59,870 nt of DNA from Balamuthia mandrillaris (taxonomy: Eukaryota), in assembly GCA_031835245.2 (NCBI GenBank), contig JAVKOQ020000053.1, forward strand, positions 186,001-245,870, given 5' to 3'. The position numbers and the translations under genes are program-made. Under the pieces are notes generated by a model. It made no database searches, was not told the origin of the DNA, and saw only the letters and a program-made list of their open reading frames with translations. Shown here piece by piece: positions 25,568-37,625 of this stretch. Within the stretch, counting starts at the first letter, position 1, and each line of letters begins with the position of its first letter.

Positions 25568-27880
25568 ATGAAGCACTCTGCTACAGCTCAAGTGTCGACA
25601 ACCCGCCCTAAAACAGTTAAGCGCAACTCCAGTACCAGGAGTGATGGTTTGTGGTTTTTGTTTTTTTAAGCGAGGTCTGCTGGGTTGTTTATAGGTTTTC
25701 GGTGATTATAGAAAACATCGATCCCCAACGTTGGAAAGAAGCCATTGCACAGGCAGCCAAACAGATAGACATGGCTTCACTTACGTCTTCTGACACTCGA
25801 AGAAAGGTTACGTTCATTACCCCTATTCGGCTCGGATCCTCAAAACTGTTTCACCATGCGTGACTTTTGGTTGCACTTTCTTTCTTTGCATTCTCTAACT
25901 ACTGATCATACTGGAACAGACGCTGAGCCGGCCTCCGCCACTTCACCAACGAAATCAAATGCCTTCCTGCGTTCGTCCGCAGCTAAAAGCTCACGCCAAA
26001 GCTCTCGCCCTCAAGCACAGAATAAAAGAGGAGCTGCTTGTGCCCACCGACCTACAAGAAGTGCTGGCCGCTATCACAAAACACAACACGCCTCCCCACA
26101 GCCAAGGCAAAAATGTGTTACGGGTACCTCTTTCTCGATTTCCTTCTTGTGTGACACGTACGCTGTGCTTTTGTACTCATAAAAAATATTCATTAACAGC
26201 TGAACTATGACGACTATCGGCAAGTCAGGCAAGAAGTGCCTCAGAGCTGCAAGCATTACTTCACAGCCTTCGCTTTTCATGCATTCAGGCGGGACCAATA
26301 TGATCGTATTGACGCATCTGCCTTTTGGAAAATGATTCTCCACAACTGTAAACTGCGCTTTCTCTCTCTTTTCTGTTTCTTCTCTTTAATCTCTACGGAT
26401 TACAAACAACCTTTCCTCTCGTTTTGTTTTAAATACTTAGTCTTTTTGCAAAATGAACGCTATAACTTGTTATGCCACTATGAAAGCGAGCCAGGATGGC
26501 TTAAAGAAGAGGTTTGCTTTTTTATCTTTATTCTACATTCCATGCTTTTTTTCTTTTAAAAAGGTTGGCTGAATGTTAGACTATCGTTTTGGTGTGCTGC
26601 ATTGAAATAGGAAGTAGCTGCGTTTGTAAGCGATCTTGCAACTTCTTTGCCCAGGATAAACCGGTTACCACCCTACATGATGCAAGCCTATCGTCTGATG
26701 GCCAGCAGGAAACTTTATTTCTTTTTGGACCCGTTGCGAAGAGGTCTATTTGTTTTCCTTGCTATCTTCTTTTTCCATTTGCTGACCTCGTTTTCGTGTT
26801 TTGTTTAAAGGCAAGATTAAAACAACAAACCTTTTGCTGAGTGATGAATACCAAGAACTGGCATGCTTGCGCAATCCATCGAAACTTGGGAACAACCAAG
26901 GACTCAGTCAGAACTGGTTCTCGGCAGAGTCGTTGCAACATCACTTTTCTGAGTTTAGACGGTTGGATAAGGACGCCGCTGGAAAGCTCAGCCTCGATGA
27001 TATGCTTCATTACCAAAGCGGGAGTCTTACCAAGGCTTTTCTCACTCGCCTCTTCCAAGAAATACCAACTATCGGTGGCAGAATGGTTCGTAATGTCATT
27101 TTGTCTGCTTGATACATCGCTGCTGATGCAAGAACCTGTTTTGATGGTGTAGGACTTTAAAGAATACTTGAACTTGTGCTTGGCGCTGGATAACAAGTCC
27201 CATCCAGTCGCACTGCGTTATTTCTTCCGCGTCTTTGACATTAACAAGAAAGGCTATCTCACTTGCTTTGATCTGAATTACTTTTTCCGAGTACGTGACC
27301 CATTTCGCTTACCCAACAACTGTTGCTTATTGTCATTTCCTCCCTTCAACTCACGTTTTCTCGACAGGATATTCTCGTTGAACTAGCTGCAACAGAGATC
27401 AGCCACGCTGATGCCACTGAAGAAGAAATGGAAAACAGGAAAATAGAAGATATTGTGGTTCGTCTCTTCCTCTCTTTCTCTTTTTCTCCCTCCCTTTCCT
27501 CAAAGAGATAACGTTGCTGAATGATTGCTTTACTCAAAACCCATCAGAACCAAACATTTGACTTGGTGGGTCCCGCATGCCCCTTTCAAATAAGGCTAAA
27601 AGACATCCAACAATGCAAAATGGCTCAAACCTTTGTAGGCATACTGATTAGCGTCCCTGCCTTTGAGGATTGGGACTTGGGAGCCGCAGAAGAGGGCACT
27701 ACCAAGGAAACAGCCCCCTTTTCTCTCTTCCCCCGTTCGCCCGTGCCAAAGGAGGAGAGGGCAACCGCAGAGGATAGTGAGAGCGAAAGTGAGAGCGAGA
27801 GCGAAACGGACACAGATTCAGAAAGCTTTTTGGAGGGCAGTTCGTTTGAGGACTCGGAGAGCAGCTTCTCTCGCGGTTGA
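25568..27880 (+). CDS. PPP2R3C: PP2A regulatory subunit B'' (PPP2R3C/TON2-FASS-like), EF-hand protein
   Basis: LNYDDY..CKHYFTA..F..D.YDRID, RKLYFFLDPLRRGKIK, NWFSAES..FRRLDKD..GKLS, LTKAFLTRLFQE, MDFKEYLNLCLALDNK..LRYFFRVFDINKKGYL..LNYFFR. Confidence 0.88.
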
Positions 27881-27962
27881 ACTATAGTTGTGAACCCACA
27901 TTTGTAATTACTGTCGACAATACAAAAAAAAAAGAGAAGCCAAACAACAAAAAACAAAGAAG

Positions 27963-28053
27963 AAAGAGGAAAGAGGAAAGAGGAAAGAGGAAAGAGGAAA
28001 GAGGAAAGAGGAAAGAGGAAAGAGGAAAGAGGAAAGAGGAAAGAGGAAAGAGG
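27963..28053. repeat. (AAAGAGG)n heptanucleotide tandem repeat just upstream of TRAPPC1
   Basis: About 13 consecutive copies read directly. Confidence 0.9.
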
Positions 28054-28061
28054 AAGAAGAG

Positions 28062-28562
28062 ATGCTTTACAACTTTTTCATTTACAATAGGAAGGGTACG
28101 TGCATATACTACCAAGAATGGAGTGTGGAGAAGGAGGAGATCAATCTTGAAGAAGTGAAGAGGAACATGTATGGTCTCATGTTTGAGATGAAACGATTCA
28201 TAGTCAAAGCATCTCCAAATGGGTACCTCCCTTCTTTCTTGCAACTTTTTGAGTTCGATTGGACTCACACCGTGCTTTTTAAAAAAAGTGAGGCAACGGA
28301 TTACTTCTCTTACACGACCGATAAATACAAGCTTCATTGCTACGAGACCGCTTCTGGCAAACGGTTCGTGATCTTGACAGAGCCTAGAGTGGGCAGCCTC
28401 AAAGAACAACTTCAAACCATTTATCGGGACATCTTTGTGGAGTGCATCACCAAAAACCCTCTCTACAAGGACAAGGAAGACATTCAAGATTGTACGCTTT
28501 TCACCGAGGAACTGGCCAAATATCTTCAATCACAGTCCATATGGAAGTTTATCGTGAAGTAA
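28062..28562 (+). CDS. TRAPPC1: TRAPP complex subunit 1 (Bet5), one in-frame intron
   Basis: MLYNFFIYNRKGTCIYYQEW..MYGLMFEMKRFI..YTTDKYKLHCYETASGKRFVILT..IFVECITKNPL. Confidence 0.95.
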   Translation: MLYNFFIYNRKGTCIYYQEWSVEKEEINLEEVKRNMYGLMFEMKRFIVKASPNGYLPSFLQLFEFDWTHTVLFKKSEATDYFSYTTDKYKLHCYETASGKRFVILTEPRVGSLKEQLQTIYRDIFVECITKNPLYKDKEDIQDCTLFTEELAKYLQSQSIWKFIVK

Positions 28563-28741
28563 GGAGGAGGAGAACGTGATACGAGGAAAGAAAGAGTTCT
28601 TGACAAAGATTCTGCTTGTTTAACAAGGTGAAATATTGTTACCATAGCTGGAAAACAGGAGAACAATAGATAGAAGCAAGAGGTCCTATGACCAAAAGAG
28701 AGATGATATCTCTCCTATGTTCTGAGTTGATGAGGAAGCGG

Positions 28742-28783
<42 letters not shown>

Positions 28784-28805
28784 GAGAGGAGAAGTAGAAA
28801 AAAGG

Positions 28806-29250
28806 CTAGGAGGTGGGTGCGCCAGCATCCACCAGTGGGTAGCGATAAGAAGGCATCGACAACACGCACAACAATAGAACAATCAACAACAAAAGCAGTG
28901 GCACCATCACCAACGTCGCTAGCGATACGCCATTCTGCCTTTTGGATTCTTCCCTTCGTTCGTTCTCTAATCTGTACACCTGCATCTGATGATCGCCAAA
29001 ATATTAGCAAAGAAAGAGGTTATATGCCATTCAATCGCAAAAGAATACCTGCAACCGCCGCAGTGTCTGTCGTATGTTTGTGGATTCTTGAGCGTCTAAT
29101 GTATCGGGTGGTAACCGCTCTTTATCTTCTTTTTCTTTTTGTTTTTCTGACGTGCCTGGTGCCTGCTCGGCTGGTCCTTTCAACCCATCTGATAACGCTT
29201 GTATCTCTGCCTGCATTTTTTCGTGTAATGTTACTTCCTGATTCTTGCTA

Positions 29251-29288
<38 letters not shown>

Positions 29289-30560
29289 ACTCTCATCTCT
29301 CCTTTCCTTTTCCCCTCATCTCCATTATGAGTACCTTGGCAGTAGCAGATATTCTCTCAGCTCGCTGTTGAAGCAATGCTAAAGCTGAACTAAGTTCGTG
29401 GTGGACCTGCAAGCAGAAATGTCAAAGATAAGAAAGAAAGCAACGCGGTGGGACTAGACAGAAATGCAAACCGGATTGGTTGGTACAACAGAAGATAGAG
29501 ATTGACCTATCGACAGCGAGACTGCAGACGTTTTGTTTTTGTAAATTGCCAATTGTGCTTTAAGTTCCTTGTTTTCTTTTGTCTGTTGTAAGGGTTGTCA
29601 GCACAAAAAACCAAGAGTACGGTAAATGGTGAGAAGCGAGGAAGGAATATAAACCAGTTGCTCTATCACGGTTTCGAGGTGGCGAATCTGTTTATCTGCT
29701 CCTTCTGCTTTCTTCTTGTTGCCTTGGCGGCCAGTTAAGGATTTCTGGCCACGAGCAGCATCATCAGCCACAGCTGAAGACGCTATCTTATCAGTAGCCT
29801 CATTTTGGGGCTGTGATGGAGAGCCATCTCCCGATTTAGCTTCACTGCTGCTGGTAATGCCCGGAGCGGTGGCTGCAGCAACAGTGGAAGTGGAGACAAG
29901 GGGTGTGAGCATAGGTGGTTCAGGGCGGATGTTGGAGAACTGGGCAGGACCCGTTTTGGCTTTATCAGCAAGAGCTTTCTTTTGCTTTGACGCGTTGAGC
30001 ATTTTGCCCCAGCTAAGTCCTCCTCTAGATTTGCTAGGAGAGGAAGTGCCTGTGCTGCTGCTGGATGTTGTAGCAGAAGCAGAGGAAGTAGCGGTAGAGG
30101 CAGTGGAGTTGGAAACGGGTCGTTCCGATTGCAGTATATTGTTGGTGTTGTCAGTTGGGGTTGTCCGTGCCGAACCCGGCGAGTCATCCGAAGAGGTTCT
30201 ACCTTCGGAAAAGCCGTTCGTTTCTTCCGGTGAATGACCAGCAAACCTACCCTCGCTCCTTAGCTGGTTGGCGGCTTGCTCTTTTTCTTGTTGTATGCTA
30301 GCAAATATTTCGTCCAGTTTCTTTCTATCCCCGTACCGGCCGCGCTCAGCCAAGCTTCCCCACATATCGCTCCCTCCGCTGTGTTTCGCTTGGGCGTCGT
30401 CTTGTTGGGATTGGTCTTTGTGCTGCTTCATCGCTTTGTAATCGAAACGCGTCATGGTAGCCCAGGCTCTTCTTTTGGGTGCCGACTCCTCCTTGGCGGC
30501 GGTTGTTGTTCCATCAACGGAAGCCGCGCTCGTCCCATTCTCCTTATGATCTTCTTGCAT
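28806..30560 (-). CDS. Disordered/coiled-coil protein with C-terminal transmembrane helix (tail-anchored)
   Basis: 320-aa first-exon ORF and coiled-coil exons; last exon VYRLENERREESKRQNGVSLATLVMVPLLLLLIVLLLCVLSMPSYRYPLVDAGAPTS*. Confidence 0.7.
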
Positions 30561-30634
30561 GACTCTGCTTCACTTGTCAAAAAAAAAATACAAGTGGCGG
30601 CGGGGGCACCAAAGAACAGAGCAACACCAACGTC

Positions 30635-30678
<44 letters not shown>

Positions 30679-30833
30679 GTGTTGTTGTTGTTGTTTGTTG
30701 TTGTTGTTGTTGCTGTTGTTGGTTGGTTGCTGTTGTTGTTGTTGTTGTTGTTGTTGTTGTGTTGTTGTTGTTGTTGTTGTTGTTGTTGGTTGTTGTTGTG
30801 TTGTTGTTGTTGTTGGTTGGTTGTTGTTGTTGC

Positions 30834-30875
<42 letters not shown>
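30635..30875. repeat. Long imperfect (GTT)n microsatellite
   Basis: About 240 bp of GTT units; explains the poly-Q/N/T/V ORFs listed here. Confidence 0.95.
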
Positions 30876-31098
30876 CTGCCTTTTGTTCCCTTTTCTCTTT
30901 TTTTTCGTTGCAACGGTTTTTTTTGTTCGCCGAGCACCAAACGACCTCGTCAGCTGACCAATTTGAGCTCGCCAGACGTGGTAGCCCCAATATATTTTTC
31001 TTCTAAGCATAATAAACCCTAACCTAAACGCTCATCTAACACGGCACCATGTTTCATCAGCCCCAACATTCATTTGTGGCTCAACTCACTTGTGATTT

Positions 31099-31813
31099 TT
31101 AATCCATCAGCTGTATTTTACGAAGGAAAGAGCTCATCGGAGAGAGCTCTCGTTCTGAAATGAGACAAAAGTTTTGCACGAAACGCATGAAGCTAATGAA
31201 AGAGGACTGCAAAAGGCTCATTTCACCCATCGCCTCAAACGCAGATAAGTGATGATGATAAATATGGGCATAGACTCTAAATAGCCGCCGGGTTACATCT
31301 TTCACATTGGATGACGAGTCCGGCGCTATGATGTTATAATAGTCATCAATAACGGACAGACCCAAACACAAGAGAATAGGTAGGTAGGACTATTACCTTC
31401 TTGAAGAATTTTCTGAGCCCACTGAAACAGTAAAGCAATGTATTTTGGTGCTGGAACACTGATTGGTTTGACCACAGTCTTACCGTCAGCCCATAAGTAG
31501 TCATATCTGTTGTTATGATGTACAAAGAACAATTTTTTTGTTTTGTGGTCGCTAGTTAGTATGAGGAACGTGAAGGATCGGAGGCGTGACTAACTTGCTG
31601 CCAGCTGTCATTTTTGGGCACGACTTGAAAGTACATTCGTCTTCTATTAGTGCATAAATAAGACGTGCTCGCTCTAGGAGAGAAGTAACTGCAGACATAA
31701 ACGTGTGAGCTACAGTAAAAAAATAATAAATAAATCAGAGCAGCTGAAAAAAGTCAGATACCCACCTGTTTCTGCTAGATATTTCATGCTAGAAGGAGAA
31801 GACGCTCTGAAAT

Positions 31814-31845
<32 letters not shown>

Positions 31846-34800
31846 CAAAAAGAGTAAGATTAATTTGCAGAGATTGATATGAAGAAGGGGAAGGGACGCA
31901 AACTCTTCACTGGGGTGAGAAGCGAGACACTTGGCTGCCCATTCTTCTTTCGTAAAGGTATTGCCTTGATATCGAATAGTAGGAGTAAATAGTACTGAAG
32001 ATGGGCCATCTCGTTTTAGTCGTGACAATACATCTTGTTGTCGTTGCGATTTTCGGTTGATGGTTAACATTTGGCGGCTTTCGGAAGGGATTCCAGAATG
32101 AGGAGAAACTCGATCAGGTTCCTTTGACCGAGCTATCAAGGAAAGCGTGTTGCTTTTGGAGGTGGTGCGATAGGTAAGGCAAGAGTCGAGGTGAGTGGAA
32201 CGTTGACGAAGATGTGCACGAGCGAGACTGTGCTGGAATGCTGCTATTCCTTTGGTAGTATGTTTTGGCGAGGCCTTCATTTTTCGTATTCTTTCAATAC
32301 ACTCAGTCAAGTTCGCTACGAGGCTGTTGCACAAGAGGCTGGTTAGAGGCAAGAAGGAGACAGATCGGAAAGACCTGAAGGGCTTACCTTTTACAAAAGG
32401 GATCGGCTGCTGAATAGGATTGTTGTACATTGCGAAGGGCATTCTGCAGGATGAAAATGGCTTTCTGATAATTTCCTTTTTCTTGTTCTAGCGCGGAGGC
32501 CATTATTGCCTCTGCAGTGCTCACACGATTAACTTGTTTGTCCACAATTAGATTGCGCTAGTGTGGTTATATCGTGACGGTGTTAGCAAGTATAGTGTTC
32601 ACTTTAGAATGAGGAAGATAATTGAACCTGTTGCAAGTGTATATTCCTGGCTGAGGGCCTACATATTTTGCATATCCGGCGAGCTTTGGTGAATGCACCG
32701 CTGGGAACCAGGTTGTAGCTAAGCGTTGCTTTTACCACTGCGTATTGTTCTTCAAAAAAAAGAAAAAAAACAAATAGAAAGACTCGTTTATATCTGTGCC
32801 ATCAACAACACACGAATACGTACTGACTGGAATGGGCTCTGAGAGGGAGGGAAGAGATAGGGAAAACACGACGTGTCGGCTCTGAAACAAAGGGCGCGTT
32901 AGTAAGTGAGAGGTCCGTAGAACAGCCAACAACAACATAGGATGAGCTCTCAAAAAGACATAACAATATAAAGCACACATCAAGAGAGTATTACCTCTTC
33001 TGAATAAATATCGCCAAGTTCAATAATGACAGTACGCGGAAGAGAGGGATTAATGATGGTATTTGCGTGCCAAATCTTTTTAACTTCGATGCCGGCTTGT
33101 GGCTAGCACATCAGGTGTCAGTAAATCATAAAGCAGAGAGCAGAATATCCATACTTCCAAAACTAGCTGCATATTTTCAGCAAATACACTTAGAAGCCCT
33201 CCAAGGCAATCAGCAAAAGCAGACGGTATCTCACTTGCTGCGTGAATGGCGTAATAGACTCCATTTGCTTTCTCTGCAAGATTACTTCATAACAACAAGG
33301 AAGAATAAAAATGAGATGTGTCTAGAAAAGCTTTTAAGAGGAGGGAGAAAGGTGAACAAGAAGGGAGACGAACCTCAATAACTGTGCATCTGGAGAAGAA
33401 CCAAAGCCAAAAGTAAAAACGCTAGGCACAATATTTTTCCTTCTCTTGAGCTTCCGTAGCTTGGTCTCTGTTTGCTCGAGTATCTCAGTGCTATATCATA
33501 GGATCAGCAAATGTCGTAACGGCGGAAAAAGGTGAGCAGTAGATATGTCGTGTTACCTGTGCAACAGCCCTTGATTGGCCAAACCATCTGTAAACAAAAG
33601 AATTGCGGTGGTAATATGTCGAGAACTTCTATAACCATGCAATGTCGAGACATTAGTAATTGCTAAGAAGGATGGTGATGCTTGATACATACTTTGAAAT
33701 GGTATGTAATAGTTTGATGCCACTAAAAAATCCGTCACTAAGGTTTGTGGCAATGCCCGTTGTAATGCGGTCAACTGCGTTTAACAATTCCATCTTTGGA
33801 ACATCACCCATGTTGGTTGTTCATAATTGAGCACAATAAAAGCAAAAGAAAAAAGAAAAAAAGAAAAAGAAAAAGAAGAAAAAAAGGAGGGAGGAAAAAA
33901 AAAGAAAACGAAGTAGAAAATAGCAGAAAAAAATAATAAAAAAAGAGACTGAGCACCTTTCCATTTGCTGTCATTTGAGTGAGTGCAATTTCCAGACGTG
34001 GCTCTCCGTCGTAGGACACAATACCGATTCTATCTTCCGGATTATTCAGTTGCGAAACCAGAAACCGAAGAGACTTCTTGACCAGTTCCATTTTGCTTCC
34101 CTTCATCGACGAACTCCTGTCTATAACCGCTACTACGACCAACGGAGCTCTGTCTATATGCCCCGGTTGGAAAGGCGACGGTTTTGTTGACGTCAAATCA
34201 TCTATTTTGCCTTTTGGCGGTTCTGCGGTCTTGTTGCTCTGTTCTGAAGTCTGCTGTAATTGAGGCGTGCTTATAGCGGCTACGAAAGAGACGTCTGAAT
34301 GGCTTCCTTCAAAGTGGAGTTGATCATACTCTGGATACAAGCGAAAGGCCAGTTTGCGTTTGTTTGCAAGGTGGAGATGTGCATCTCCACCAGAAGATAT
34401 CTTCGTGCGATACTGGTGTTTGAATTTGTCCCAGTCATCTCCCGCATCTTCCTCCTCACTATCATCGTCATCGTCTTCGTCCTCATCGTCACTATCGTCG
34501 GTGCTCTCACTGCCTGTCGAGCTCTCTTCACTTTCTTCCTCTTCCTCATCATCTTCATTCCTTTTTTGGGCTGAGGTGATTCGTATTGACGGAGCGCTAG
34601 CAGCGTTCACCACGTTAGATGGATTTTTTGTCTCTTGGTTGAGGTATTTGCTCAGAGAAACTTCATTTCCTATGCATGGAGAACAAAAAAGCAGTTCAGC
34701 ATCACTAGCAACGAAAGACAGCCAGGAGAAAAAAAAAACATGTATACCGGCGGCGGCAGCGGCTAGCTGTTGCTTTCTGGTGGGTGAGCTGGGTAACGCG

Positions 34801-35681
34801 AGAGAGGGCACCGAATTGCTAGGCGAATAGTTGCCTTGCGAAAAGCCAGTTGTGTTGATGTTACAGCTGCTGCCATCTTTATCGAAGGAGGAGGCAGTTG
34901 CCCCACTCTGGTTGACAATAGTGTGCCAAAAGGGCCGTCTCGGGGACGATGAAGAAGTTCTGCCTCTAGCTGCAACAAATGTGGTGGAAGGAGAGGTGGA
35001 GGCCTCAGGGGTAGGGCATGAGGAGGAAGGAGAGGAAAGAGGTGAGAAAGAAGCAGAGGAGCCGCCGCACAACGGATGTTCCTGAGTGGGAATGGTGAGG
35101 TGAGGAATCTTTTGTTCATGCCGGTTGCGGAGGTGAGGGCTTGCTTCACCGCCATACAGCTCTACTAGCTCCGCTGTACTTAACCGCTGCACAGCATTAC
35201 GCTCTGACAGCCATTGTACTCGCGAAGTCCCAGCTTTTTCTTCATCCGGTGCTTCTTCCTCTTCTCCTTCTACATCGTAGTTGGAGGATTGGCTCTCGCT
35301 GTCCGACTCTGCCTCCGCTCCTTGGTTGTGTTCATCTTTTGCGAGTCTCACAGAATCGCTCCTGGATGGATGGATGGCCGAGAGCGGAGTCAGAGATCTC
35401 TATTCAAACCCCATATTTTTTTAAAAAAATGGGTGCAATAATAACAGTGGGAAGGTTATAACTAACCATTTCTGGCTCTGTGACTGCCACTCTGACTCTT
35501 TCTCTTGGATGACAGTAAGGGCCTCTTCTGGGGAGAGCTCATATTTGTTTTGAATGAACTCAAGCGCCTCTTCCGTAGAAAGATATTCCAACGTCGAAGC
35601 GTCCAACTCTGCAAAGCAGCGTAACAACCGCTGCATGGAGTCAATTCCACGCTGAAAGGAGTTGGTGGGGTCACTCTCCAT
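31099..35681 (-). CDS. von Willebrand A domain protein fused to a C-terminal MOB1/phocein domain
   Basis: vWA MIDAS: VVVAVIDRSSSMKGSKMELVKKSL, ILLFTDGLANQG, ARAHLRQRST. MOB: EEWAA..CTFKSCPKMTAGS.YDYLWADG..KPISVPAPKYI, RRLFRVYAHIYHHH, FVQNFCLISERELSPM. Confidence 0.85.
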
Positions 35682-35873
35682 CTTCTCGCCGTCACACTAT
35701 TTCTTCAACCTCTCCTGTCTCTGTTTTTCTTCTTTCCCTTTTTTTTTTTTTTTTTTTTGGGTTTTTTTTTAATTGGGAATGAATGAATAAATTGAATTGT
35801 CCCTTCACGGCAAGTCGACACAAAAAGAAACCCAAGCCGCTTGGGTTGGGGCGGGCAGGGGGTCTGCTTTGGA

Positions 35874-36026
35874 CGAGGAGCTGGTGGCCCAGCTATGCGA
35901 AGAGAGCGTTGCTACTGTGCTGCTACTCAACGTAGTGCTAAAGTGAGTAGGAGGGCTCAGAGCTTTAATTCCACAAATTCGTACGCTAGGTTTTGTTCTT
36001 CGCATAGCTGGGCCACCAGCTCCTCG
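35874..36026. repeat. Perfect 30-bp inverted repeat with 93-nt loop
   Basis: CGAGGAGCTGGTGGCCCAGCTATGCGAAGA (35874-35903) and its reverse complement (35997-36026). Confidence 0.9.
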
Positions 36027-37029
36027 CATAGGCCTTCACCACGTGGGATTGGAACGCAGCTCAAACTCAGTTGGTGCACCTGGTCACAACAGTCCTGCCA
36101 CAGCTTCGGTAACTCTGGTGGTAAAGCCACTGCACCCAACGAGCACTCTTCCAAGTGCCTCAGGTAGCTCCTAAAACGACACCTCCTCCTTCACGGACAT
36201 CCTCCTTTGGTGGCCAGGAACATTTGAGCTCGCTGGTGTTGTTACGCTTTCTATGATCACACGAGTAGTTTTTCGCCAGTTGCTCCAGCACATTGCGGCA
36301 GAAGGCCGCCCCAGTCTTCACTTTCAGGTTGTTTAATTTGGTCTGTGCTTGGTCGCGTTCCACTTCTGCTGATTTCAGCTCAGCAGAGAGAAGAGCTAGC
36401 TTAACAGTGAGTGCAAGGGCCTGGAAGGTTGACTCATTAGGGTATTGCCGGCAGCGTTCCAACAATTCGTCGAGTGCAAGGTGGCCCTGTACCTCAAATG
36501 CGGCAGAGAGGGAACCGAGTTTGCGGCATGTTTCTCTCAGTTCTTTCTGTAGTCGTAGGATTTTCGCGTCGGGGGAGGCCGCCTTCACCCCTTCCTCCTT
36601 TTCTGCTTCGTTCTCGTCTTGTTTCTCTTCAGTTTTTCCCACGTGTTCTGCCTTTCGCGCAAGGCCGCCTTCACCTCTTTCTCTTGCTTTTTTCTTCTGT
36701 TTCCTCCTGTTCCTTTTGCTCGGCGCAGGTTGCAACAGACGGCCAAGTGCATCGTTCCTCTTCTTCTGTTCTTCCAACTCAATCGCTTGTGCCTTCAGCT
36801 ACGCATCCTGCTCTGCCACTGTTTTCACGAAGGCTTCCATAGAGGTCGGTGGCAAACTCACCAGGTAGGGTCCAGGCACGTGATAAGCGTCCTCCGGCGC
36901 AACTTTAGCACCAATCAAATGGAATTGCTTGTGGGGTGTGTTCTGAATTAAATCTGCCAGCTCGGCTCGAGTGAGCTCCCCAAGCTTGCGTGTAGCCAAA
37001 ATGGTGAGTCTCTCCCGTTCGTTGTTCAT
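35957..37029 (-). pseudogene. Apparently disrupted coiled-coil ORF of unknown family
   Basis: ORFs 37029-36799 and 36777-36160 are one frame split by an in-frame TAG (QDA*LKAQAIELEEQKK); it continues in another frame at 36154-35957. Confidence 0.5.
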
Positions 37030-37141
37030 TCTGTGGGGACGAGAGTCCGTTTGCGCTCTTTTATCTCTGTTTAAAAATACAAAGGTGGGAACGCAGGCAA
37101 TTTCGCCAAAGGATGAGTCCTCTTAAGGAGACGAAAGAACA

Positions 37142-37475
37142 AGCCGTCGCAAAAGGAAGAGGATCACCAACCTGGTCACGGAGTTTCATCGCAAGGCTGC
37201 CCTATTTCTGTGTCGCCACTATGACCACGTCATCATCCCGCCCTTCGGGACGAAAGGCATGACAGCCACATGAAGGAGGCGAGCGAGGAAGATCGGAAAA
37301 AAGACGGCCAGGATTCCTGGGACCATTACCGATTCCGCCAGTGGTTGATGCATAAGGCGAGAGAGTGGAGCACCAAAGTCTACTTGCGCTCAGAGGCCTG
37401 GACCAGCAAGATCTGCACCTGGTGTCTTCGCATGACACACACAACCAGGAGAAACCCAACCTGTGGTTCTTGCAT
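37142..37475 (+). pseudogene. Decayed Fanzor2/TnpB-family RNA-guided nuclease fragment
   Basis: RKRITNLVTEFHRKAALFLCRHYDHVIIPPFGTKGMTAT*RRRARKIGKKTAR / frameshift / SWDHYRFRQWLMHKAREWSTKVYLRSEAWTSKICTWC..CGSC. Confidence 0.85.
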
Positions 37476-37625
37476 CTTTTTTCTTCGGCCCAAAATTGTC
37501 GACACTGTCCCGGATTTTTGGCACCCCTCTATTTCCTCACATTAGTATGTAAGTTTTCTCCATTCAGGGGAAAAGGAGGGAAAACGCACGGCCACACGCA
37601 AGGGGCACCCGCTAGCCATCAACCG

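Noticed and set aside
30276..31022. Several long poly-Q/N/T/V/C ORFs
   Set aside because: Artefacts of the (GTT)n microsatellite being open in most frames.
31014..31022. AAACCCTAA telomere-like motif (similar one near 59836)
   Set aside because: Single copies; at most telo-box promoter motifs, not telomeric arrays.
35738..35770. Poly-T tract as a retrotransposed poly-A tail of the adjacent pseudogene
   Set aside because: Homopolymer runs are common in this window's introns and promoters; no target-site duplication seen.
36799..36801. In-frame TAG as evidence of stop-codon reassignment or readthrough
   Set aside because: Other gene models here end at TAG normally (e.g. 28806, 44171); a nonsense mutation is simpler.
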